Positions 48,332 to 55,788 of a DNA stretch of 64,000 nucleotides are shown here, piece after piece. Where the stretch lies: the NCBI GenBank assembly GCA_963843575.1, contig CAWJKZ010000024.1, positions 160,001 through 224,000 of the forward strand, given 5' to 3'. Numbering within the stretch: the first letter of the stretch is position 1; every line of letters starts with the position of its first letter. The notes beneath the pieces are model-generated. The model did not search any database. It saw only the letters and a list, made by a program, of their open reading frames with translations, and was not told the DNA's origin. Origin of the DNA: an uncultured Acidobacteriota bacterium (GTDB taxonomy: Bacteria; Acidobacteriota; UBA6911). The position numbers and the translations under genes were made by a program.

Positions 48332-49552
48332 ATGGACGTCGACCTGAGCGGGCCGCTGAAAGTGTCGCTGGACAAGACACTGGCCGAGGCGCGGGAGCTC
48401 GAAGGGCAGAACAAGGGCCAGGAGGCGGCCGTCGCCTACCTGAAGGCGTCGAAGCTGATGAAGAGCTACGCCGACTACGCGCTCACCCGCGACGACCAGG
48501 TGCGGAGGCGCCAGAAGGCGCGGCAGTACCTGGAGTGGGCCGAGGCGCTCAAGGCCGGCAAGCGGCGGGTGGCCGCAGCCGCCGCGCCCGTGCGGGCTGC
48601 ACCGGTTGCCGGCGGCGTCAAGGAGGCCGCCGCCGGGGACGAGGAACAGTACTCGCGCGACATCGCGTCGCTGATCCACCGCAGCAAGGTGACGTGGGAC
48701 AAGATCGGCGGGCTCGAGGAGACCAAGCGTGAGATCAAGTTCACGTACGGGCTCGCGCTGGCCCGGAAACCGGAAGGGATGAAGCTCGCGGGGTGGCGCC
48801 GCATGCTCTTCTACGGGCCGCCCGGGACCGGCAAGACGTTGCTGGCGGCGGCTACCAGCAACGGGCTGGGCGCGACCTTCTTCAACGTCAAGGCGAGCAA
48901 CCTCCTGTCGAAGTACTTCGGCGAGTCCTCGAAGCTGATCACGGAGCTGTTCGACGCCGCCCGGAGCGAGGCCGACGAAGGCTTCGCCGTCATTTTCATC
49001 GACGAGGTCGAGTCGCTCTGCCTGCCGCGCGGCGACGGCTCGGAGAGCGGCGCCGAGAGGCGCGTCCTGTCGACGATCCTGTCGGAGCTCGACGGGCTGG
49101 CGGACAAGGGTGAGGACCGGTTCGTCCTGACCATCGCGGCGACCAACGCGCCGTGGGACCTCGACGACGCGGTGCTCAGCCGCTTTCAGAAGAGAATTTA
49201 CATCCCGCTGCCCGACGCCGAAGCGCGCAAGTCGATACTCGAGATCCTGCTGCTCAAGGCGGGCCACACGCTGGACTACCCGCTCGGGGAGGTCATCGAG
49301 CACTCGGAGTGGTTCAGCGGGCGCGACCTGGAACGGCTGGCGAACCAGGCGGTCAACGTCATGGTCGAGGAACTCAACAGCCAGATTCCGCGCTGCGTCG
49401 ACGCCGGGCGGGAGTCGATCGAGGGCTACCAGCTCAAGGTGCGCCCGCTCGGCAAGAGCGATTTCGACGAGGCGTTCCGGCGCATACGGGTGGACGTGGA
49501 CCGGCTGAAAAAGCTGGAGACGCGCTTTCGCGAGTTCGCAGAGAGCAATTGA
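48332..49552 (+). CDS. Vps4/CdvC-like AAA+ ATPase 2 with MIT-like N-terminus
   Basis: Three-helix N-terminus; VTWDKIGGL, GPPGTGKT, SKYFGES, FIDE, ATNAPWDLD..LSRFQKRIYIPLPD. Confidence 0.88.
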   Translation: MDVDLSGPLKVSLDKTLAEARELEGQNKGQEAAVAYLKASKLMKSYADYALTRDDQVRRRQKARQYLEWAEALKAGKRRVAAAAAPVRAAPVAGGVKEAAAGDEEQYSRDIASLIHRSKVTWDKIGGLEETKREIKFTYGLALARKPEGMKLAGWRRMLFYGPPGTGKTLLAAATSNGLGATFFNVKASNLLSKYFGESSKLITELFDAARSEADEGFAVIFIDEVESLCLPRGDGSESGAERRVLSTILSELDGLADKGEDRFVLTIAATNAPWDLDDAVLSRFQKRIYIPLPDAEARKSILEILLLKAGHTLDYPLGEVIEHSEWFSGRDLERLANQAVNVMVEELNSQIPRCVDAGRESIEGYQLKVRPLGKSDFDEAFRRIRVDVDRLKKLETRFREFAESN

Positions 49553-49570
49553 GGACTTCCGGGGAATCCG

Positions 49571-50542
49571 ATGGCGGTTTGCGGTCAGTGTAAACAGGAC
49601 GGCGGGGAAAAGAAGTTCTGCACCAACTGCGGCGCGCCCATGGTTGAGCCGGCCGCGCCCGCTCAGAAAGCGCAGGCGTCCGGGGTGCGGCTTGGGGACA
49701 TCGGGTTCGTGAAGGGGAACATCACCGACTCGAGCACGGTCACGACGACCACCACCAACGTCGGGCAGATCAACATCGGGATGCCTGCCGGCACGTCCCC
49801 CGCGGCCCCGTGTTGCCCCATCTGCGGCGAGTACCCGGAGCTGCGCGAGAGCTTCCGCTGCATGGCGTGCGGGCGCGACTACATCTGCAAGAGGCACCGC
49901 CACCCCGAGCAAAGGATCTGCACCGCGTGCGTCCGCCGGCGCGAGATGGTGTGGGTGCCGCCGGGCGGATCGTTCGACGGGTTCTGGATGGACCGTGCGA
50001 AGGTGACCTGCGAGGCCTACCGGCGATTCCTGGTGGCCAATCCCGGCTGGCAGAAAGGGAGCGTCGATGGGAAGCGCCACGACGGCTACTATCTCAGGGA
50101 TTGGAACGGGAACGACTACCCGGCCGGGAAGGGCGGCCAGCCGGTGGTCTACGTCAGCTGGTACGCGGCCCGCGCCTGCGCGGAGTGGTCCGGGAAGCGG
50201 CTCCCGACCGAGGCCGAGTGGGAGTACGGCTGCCGCGCGGGAACGAACACGGCCTACTGGTGGGGGGACGAGTTCGCCCTGGGGCGGGCCGCCGAAGCCA
50301 ACCCTTGGGGACTGCGCGGCATGTCGGGGTGCCTGTGGGAGTGGACGTCATCGCCCTTCAGCGACGACCCCGCGGATGCGGGGCCGCGCAGCTGCCGCGG
50401 CGGCTCGAAATGGGGGGATGCGGCCGAAGCCCGCTCCTCCGCGCGCAGCGGCCGCGCCCCGAGAGGCTGCAGCGTGATGGTCGGTTTCCGGTGCGTCGAG
50501 AGCGGAGACTGTCCAACGACGAAGCCACTCGACCAGATGTGA
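49571..50542 (+). CDS. Zinc-ribbon + FGE-sulfatase (C-type-lectin fold) protein
   Basis: Multiple CxxC pairs; PVVYVSW, RLPTEAEWEY, NPWGL..MSG.LWEW, RGGS, GFRC; no signal peptide. Confidence 0.85.
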   Translation: MAVCGQCKQDGGEKKFCTNCGAPMVEPAAPAQKAQASGVRLGDIGFVKGNITDSSTVTTTTTNVGQINIGMPAGTSPAAPCCPICGEYPELRESFRCMACGRDYICKRHRHPEQRICTACVRRREMVWVPPGGSFDGFWMDRAKVTCEAYRRFLVANPGWQKGSVDGKRHDGYYLRDWNGNDYPAGKGGQPVVYVSWYAARACAEWSGKRLPTEAEWEYGCRAGTNTAYWWGDEFALGRAAEANPWGLRGMSGCLWEWTSSPFSDDPADAGPRSCRGGSKWGDAAEARSSARSGRAPRGCSVMVGFRCVESGDCPTTKPLDQM

Positions 50543-50543
50543 T

Positions 50544-50640
50544 TCAAGTGGGTCTGGGCTTCAGCCCGGACGTCTTTTGATCTGAGCTATACAGCTAAGC
50601 ATGCGCTGTATAGCGACCGACGAACCAGCGTCCCACTTGA
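50544..50640. repeat. Family B element with internal deletion
   Basis: TCAAGTGGG...CCCACTTGA inverted ends; body aligns to reverse complement of 8321-8429. Confidence 0.7.
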
Positions 50641-50672
50641 GGACTTTCGCTTGAGGCACTGAGGTTTGCTAG

Positions 50673-52181
50673 ATGATGATGGATGCCGCGGACCAATTGA
50701 AGGAGCTGCTTCTCAAACTCAAGCAGAACCTCCCGCTCACGATCGCGACCACGATCGTAATGAGCATCCTCGTCATATCATGGAAAAAACTCCTTCATTT
50801 TGCGAAACGCAGACTCGGTTTCGAAGAGCCTCCCAAGGAAGTCCTGAAACCCTCGCTCCCTGAAGGCGATTTTGCCCGTCTGTCGACGCTCGACAAGTTC
50901 CGTTCCGGCTTCTCGGTGCCCTTCGGCTGGCGCGGCGCCGTCGTCGACGCCGGCGTGGTTCAGCGTGAGCTCGGCCCCGGCCGCTACCGCCGGCGCGCCG
51001 TCGCGAAGATAATCGCCTCCCTGCGGCTCGGCGAAAACGCGCACGTCGTCTTCTGGCGGGACCAGGAGTTCCCCGTAGTGCTCTATCTCCGTGATCTCTT
51101 CGCCTCCGACCACCAGCCCATGCAGCTCGAGATCCGGAGCACGGCCCGGGTGCGGCCCGATCGTCTGACGCACTCCTCCCCGGAGGAGATCAACCGCGAC
51201 CCGGCCTGCTGGGCGGAGGATCTCTCGGCCGGCATCGCGGTTGCCGCCCGCCAGTGGGTGGCCGGTATGGCGGCAGAGGCGCCGTATCACAACGCGGCCA
51301 AGCTCTCCGAGTGGTGCGACGTGGCTGCCGGCTGGATCCGGTCCGCCCTCGAGCGCTCGACTTTCGAACTGGTGCGAGTTACCGGGTTCCGGTTGTTCAG
51401 CCCGGTGCTCGACAAGGTCTTCGCCGAATACGGCGAGGCGGCGCTGGAGCACGAGGCCGCGCGCCGCGAGGTGGAGCGCAACAAGGTGCGCGGGGCGCTG
51501 CGCCAGGCCGTGCTCGCCGGCCAACTGGAGGAGGTCCGGGACCAGAGCGAGCACGAACAGGCGGTGCGCGCCATCGAGCAGGAAAAAGAGCTCCGCGAGA
51601 AAGCCCTGCGGCAGGAACTGGCGCAGGCCGAACTCACGGAACTGGAAGACAAACTGAGACTCTGGAAGAAGAAGCAGGACCTGTTGCTCCAGACGCTCGA
51701 CCTGTCGGGGCAGGACTCCGCCCGGCAGTTTGATGCCCCCGACTCGCCGTTCTCCGCCCACGAGCGCGAACAGATCCGGGCAGTGCTGCAGAGTCAAAGG
51801 GCGATGTCGACGCAACCCGAGGAAGTGCTCCCGCTGCTCGCCCGCAGCACAGAGATCCAGTGGGCCGCGTTCGACCCGCTTGCCCGGATCCGCGGCCCGC
51901 ACACGCTGCGCGTCGGCGAGGGGTGGCGGTTCTTCGACGGGGTGAGCCTGTGGAGAATCGTGCTGACCCGCATCGACACGCGTCGTAACGGGTTCTTGTG
52001 GCAGCGGGAGACGCCGTCGCGCGCGTATTTCGAAGTGCGCGGCACGCCCGACGGCCGGCGCTACGAGCAGGTTGTCGAACTGAACAAACACTTCCGGCTG
52101 AGCGCCGGCCCCCACGAGATGAGTGTCGACTTCATCGGCGGCAGCGCGAGCCGGATTTCACTCCAGGTAGGCCAGGCCTGA
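50673..52181 (+). CDS. Membrane-anchored SPFH-like coiled-coil protein
   Basis: N-terminal TM; VPFGWRGAVV..G...LGPGRY SPFH-type start; E/A/R-rich coiled coil; beta-rich tail. Confidence 0.55.
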   Translation: MMMDAADQLKELLLKLKQNLPLTIATTIVMSILVISWKKLLHFAKRRLGFEEPPKEVLKPSLPEGDFARLSTLDKFRSGFSVPFGWRGAVVDAGVVQRELGPGRYRRRAVAKIIASLRLGENAHVVFWRDQEFPVVLYLRDLFASDHQPMQLEIRSTARVRPDRLTHSSPEEINRDPACWAEDLSAGIAVAARQWVAGMAAEAPYHNAAKLSEWCDVAAGWIRSALERSTFELVRVTGFRLFSPVLDKVFAEYGEAALEHEAARREVERNKVRGALRQAVLAGQLEEVRDQSEHEQAVRAIEQEKELREKALRQELAQAELTELEDKLRLWKKKQDLLLQTLDLSGQDSARQFDAPDSPFSAHEREQIRAVLQSQRAMSTQPEEVLPLLARSTEIQWAAFDPLARIRGPHTLRVGEGWRFFDGVSLWRIVLTRIDTRRNGFLWQRETPSRAYFEVRGTPDGRRYEQVVELNKHFRLSAGPHEMSVDFIGGSASRISLQVGQA

Positions 52182-52282
52182 CGGATTTTTGAAAATTCGA
52201 GATTCTTCGAGTCTTGGAGCCTTCGAGGTGGGATTGGAATCCCCCTCGACGACCATTTCACCAGACGCATCGGAGGCACGCC

Positions 52283-54343
52283 ATGTTCCAGGTCGAATGC
52301 CCTAAATGTCAGGAGAAAAGCAAGTCCGGTTCGCGTTATTGCGGCAACTGCGGCGAACGCCTGCCGGGGTCGGAGATCAAGTGCGGCAACTGCGGTGCCG
52401 TCGTCGCGGGCGACAGGAAGTTCTGCGGGAACTGCGGCAAGCCCCTGGCCGAGAGCGAATCCCCGCTGCTGACCGGCAACCGCTGGGCGCGGCGCACCGA
52501 CGATTTCGCGACCAAGGTCGAGATCGACGACGTCGAAGGCTTCTTCAAGAAAGGGTTGATCGTCGAGGCGGGCACCAGGGCCATCTTCTTCGTCAACGGC
52601 GCGTACTCCGGCATCCTCGATCCCGGCAAATACGACATGGGCGGACTGCTTCAGCGCATCAAGAACGTCTTCAGCTCGAAGACGACCACCGCGGTCCTCG
52701 TCGATGCGGGAGACGCCGAACTCCAGTTCTCGCTCACCGACCTTCCGACGAAAGATCCTATCCGCCTTGCCGCCGAGTGCAGGATCGTCGTCCAGATGGA
52801 CAACCCCACCCAGTTTTTCGAAAACATGATGAAGGGCCGGCAGAACTATCCGCTCTCGCAGCTGAAGGGCTTCCTCGAGGAGGAACTGCGCAACTGCCTG
52901 CTCGAGTTCGTCGGCGCCAGGTCCGTCCAGGAACTGTCGACCAACCTCGCATTCAAGCAGCAGATGGAGCAGGGGATCGCGCAGCACCTCGCCAGGACGT
53001 TCGACCGGAAGGGGCTGTCGTTCATCCAGGCGCGCGTCTTCAACTTCCGGCACCCGCGCATGAACGCGCTGACCAGCAAGATGGAGGAGTACTGGTTGAA
53101 CGCCGAGGATCTCAAGGCCCGGCTGGCCGGACAGGACTCCACGGTGGGGCTGGAGCGGCGTCTGCTCGACCAGGAGACCGCCAAGGCGATCATGCAGCTC
53201 GAAGTCTACGAAGACCGGGCGCGGGTGCGCGACCGGATGCGCAAGGCGGTCGCGAGCGATCAGATGAACGAGATCACCAGCGCGGCCGAGATGGAGAAAT
53301 TCCTCCAGGGGATGGACAAGGAAAAGCTCCTGCGCGCCGACGAGATGCGTGACCTCGCCCAGACCTTCGCCGAGAAGGGCGAAGATCACGACGTCGCCCG
53401 CCGTCACGTGATCCAACGGCTGAGGGTCGAGCAGGAGATGGACCTCGCCCGGGCGGCGCTCGTGGGCAAGATCGGACTGCAGCGCACGGCCACCGATTCC
53501 ATCAGGGCCGAGGAGATGGCCCAGCTCGAGCACGAGCTCGTGGCGCAGCGCAAGGAAGTCGAACAGCGGCAGGCGCAGGAATGGGCGCTCGTCAAACAGC
53601 AGGTGGAGGCGCGGCGCCTGCAGACCGAGATGGACCTCGACCTGGACAGGCAGAGGAAGCTCTCCGATATCGAACTCGAGGAGAAAGGGGACCAGGCGGA
53701 CGTGCGCAGCGCCCTGGATGCCTTGAGAATCGTCAAAGAGCAGAAGGCCATGCGGAAGGAAGAAGCCGACGCCGACCTGGAGCGCCGGTTGAAAGAGGAG
53801 GCGGTGCGGCACCAGCAGGAGCTCGAGAGGGTCGACAAGCTCTCGACGCTTTCCACCGAGGCGCTGATCGCGCTCGGGCCCGCGGACCGGGCGCCTATTC
53901 TCGCAGAACTGCAGCGGTCGGAAAAGCTGAAGGGTTATTCGGCGGACCAGATCCTGGCGATGGCGGCCGAGAAAAACCCGGAGGTGGCGAAGGCATTCCA
54001 GGAGAAGTACCGGAACGCTTCGGCCGCAGACGTCGAGAAGGCCTACGAGCGGATGCTGGGGATGAAGGAGAGGAGCGAAACCGACTTCCACGCGTTCGCG
54101 GACAAGGCCATGCAGAGGATGCAGGAGATGTACAACCGCGGCATGGACACGCAGCGCGACACGAGCATGGCGGCGGCCCGGTCGGGCCAGCCCGAGACGA
54201 CCGTGATCACGCCCGGCTCCGGAGTCCTCCAGAGCAGCGGCGGGCAGCCCGTCCGCGAGGTGCGGGTGATGGTCTGCCCCGAGTGTCACCAGAAGGTCGC
54301 CGAAGGGAACAAGTTCTGCGACAACTGCGGTCACAAGTTCTGA
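52283..54343 (+). CDS. Double-zinc-ribbon SPFH (YdjI/band-7-like) protein with long coiled coil
   Basis: Four N-terminal CxxC, LIVEAGTRAIFFVNG...LDPGKY, long coiled coil, C-terminal CPEC...FCDNCG; ATG 52283 after GGAGG. Confidence 0.8.
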   Translation: MFQVECPKCQEKSKSGSRYCGNCGERLPGSEIKCGNCGAVVAGDRKFCGNCGKPLAESESPLLTGNRWARRTDDFATKVEIDDVEGFFKKGLIVEAGTRAIFFVNGAYSGILDPGKYDMGGLLQRIKNVFSSKTTTAVLVDAGDAELQFSLTDLPTKDPIRLAAECRIVVQMDNPTQFFENMMKGRQNYPLSQLKGFLEEELRNCLLEFVGARSVQELSTNLAFKQQMEQGIAQHLARTFDRKGLSFIQARVFNFRHPRMNALTSKMEEYWLNAEDLKARLAGQDSTVGLERRLLDQETAKAIMQLEVYEDRARVRDRMRKAVASDQMNEITSAAEMEKFLQGMDKEKLLRADEMRDLAQTFAEKGEDHDVARRHVIQRLRVEQEMDLARAALVGKIGLQRTATDSIRAEEMAQLEHELVAQRKEVEQRQAQEWALVKQQVEARRLQTEMDLDLDRQRKLSDIELEEKGDQADVRSALDALRIVKEQKAMRKEEADADLERRLKEEAVRHQQELERVDKLSTLSTEALIALGPADRAPILAELQRSEKLKGYSADQILAMAAEKNPEVAKAFQEKYRNASAADVEKAYERMLGMKERSETDFHAFADKAMQRMQEMYNRGMDTQRDTSMAAARSGQPETTVITPGSGVLQSSGGQPVREVRVMVCPECHQKVAEGNKFCDNCGHKF

Positions 54344-54386
54344 GCGGAAAGCGGCGCCGAGGCGCCGCACTCCATAGGGGGCAGCC

Positions 54387-55751
54387 ATGGCTAGTTGGGT
54401 GTGTGGGAAGTGCAATACCGAGAATCGGGCCGAGGGGAACTTCTGCACGTCGTGCGGCGCGTCGCGTCGCGCTCAGGCGCCCCCCGCCCCGGCCGGCGCA
54501 GCGGACCAGGCGTCGAGCATCCTGGACAAGATCCGCGAGTCGCGGGCAAGCTCGTTCAAACACAGCCGGGCCTCGCTCGACCGTTTCTCGTCGGAGGTGG
54601 GGAAGCTCCCGGAGCTGGAGCTGGGGTTGCCCGACATCGGGCAGCTGCTCAAAACCGGGACGCCCGGCGCGGCGGGTGCTTCGGCAGGTGCGTCGCGCGC
54701 TCCTGCGATCGCCCGGGTCACGACCCGCGACCTGCAGGTGAAACACAATGCCCACCCGCGCCTGAACTACGCGATGGCGCACTGCGGGCTGCCGCTGATC
54801 CCGACGCTGGAGATCCGCAACAACGCGCGCGAGCCGGCGCAGGACGTATTGGTCAAGGCGTGGGTCGCGACCGACTACGGCGAACCGTGGCAGAAGACCA
54901 TCCCATCGATTGCGCCTGGGGAGGCGTACGTCGAGAAGGACATCTTCGTGCCGCTGCAGAAATCCCGGCTGCAGCAGGTCCGGGAGGCGGAACGGGCCAA
55001 CCTCAGGATCGACGTTTTCACCGAGGGCGAGGTGCAGGTGTCGGAGACCTTCCCGCTCGATGTGCTCGCGTACAACGAGTGGTACTACAGCGCGTACTTC
55101 CCTCAGACGGTCGCGAGCTTCATTCAGCCCAATTCGCCGGCCATCGAAAGGATCGTCTCGCTGGTGCGCGACCGCCTGAAGCGCGAGTACCGCGACACCG
55201 CGCTGGACGGCTATCAGTCCGACGACCCGAAAAAGATCCTGGAACGCCTCGAGGCGTTCTTCCTCGTCCTGCAGAAGGACCTGCAGATCACCTACATCAA
55301 CCCGCCGCCCAGCTTCGAAGGGGCCGAAACCCTCCCCGACGGCACCATGACGGTGTCGCAGAAGGTTTTTTTCCCCGAGCAGATCCTGGAGCACCGCCGC
55401 GGCACGTGCCTCGACCTGGCCCTCATGTGCGCCGCGTGCGTCGAACGTATGGGGCTGCACCCATTGTGGTTCATGATCCGCGGGCACGCGTTCTTCGGGA
55501 CGTGGCTGTACCAGAAGGCGCTCAAAGAGCCGGTCGTCACCGAACACGCGTTCGTGCAGAAACTGCTGACCGAGGGACTGTGGCTGCCGCTGAACTCGAC
55601 GACCTTCGCGCTCTCCCGCCCGATGCAATTCACGGACTGCGTCGCGGAGGCAACTTACTGTCTCAAGGATCCGGCACCGTTCATCTGCGCCGTCGACGTG
55701 CAGTCGGCACGGATGGGCGGCATCAAACCTATCCCCCCGGTGGTGGGATAG
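54387..55751 (+). CDS. RanBP2/NZF-type zinc finger + transglutaminase/papain-like Cys-His domain
   Basis: WxCx2Cx3Nx6Cx2C at N-terminus; YINPPPSFE...QKV...GTCLDLAL...GHAFFGTWL. Confidence 0.7.
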   Translation: MASWVCGKCNTENRAEGNFCTSCGASRRAQAPPAPAGAADQASSILDKIRESRASSFKHSRASLDRFSSEVGKLPELELGLPDIGQLLKTGTPGAAGASAGASRAPAIARVTTRDLQVKHNAHPRLNYAMAHCGLPLIPTLEIRNNAREPAQDVLVKAWVATDYGEPWQKTIPSIAPGEAYVEKDIFVPLQKSRLQQVREAERANLRIDVFTEGEVQVSETFPLDVLAYNEWYYSAYFPQTVASFIQPNSPAIERIVSLVRDRLKREYRDTALDGYQSDDPKKILERLEAFFLVLQKDLQITYINPPPSFEGAETLPDGTMTVSQKVFFPEQILEHRRGTCLDLALMCAACVERMGLHPLWFMIRGHAFFGTWLYQKALKEPVVTEHAFVQKLLTEGLWLPLNSTTFALSRPMQFTDCVAEATYCLKDPAPFICAVDVQSARMGGIKPIPPVVG

Positions 55752-55788
55752 GCAAGTACCGCAGGCTTTTCGATTGAGGTGAGCTGTC

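Noticed and set aside
45204-49552. Calling the ATPases FtsH, Cdc48/p97 or proteasomal ARC
   Set aside because: Single AAA module each, with no TM, no HExxH protease domain and no second ring; short helical N-domains instead
47660-50080. Long antisense ORFs (e.g. 47660-50080, 31220-34036, 52061-54448, 10552-12543)
   Set aside because: Shadow frames opposite well-supported genes, expected in high-GC DNA; no motifs
49571-50640. Diversity-generating retroelement targeting the FGE-fold gene
   Set aside because: No reverse transcriptase and no template repeat of the 3' end seen in the window
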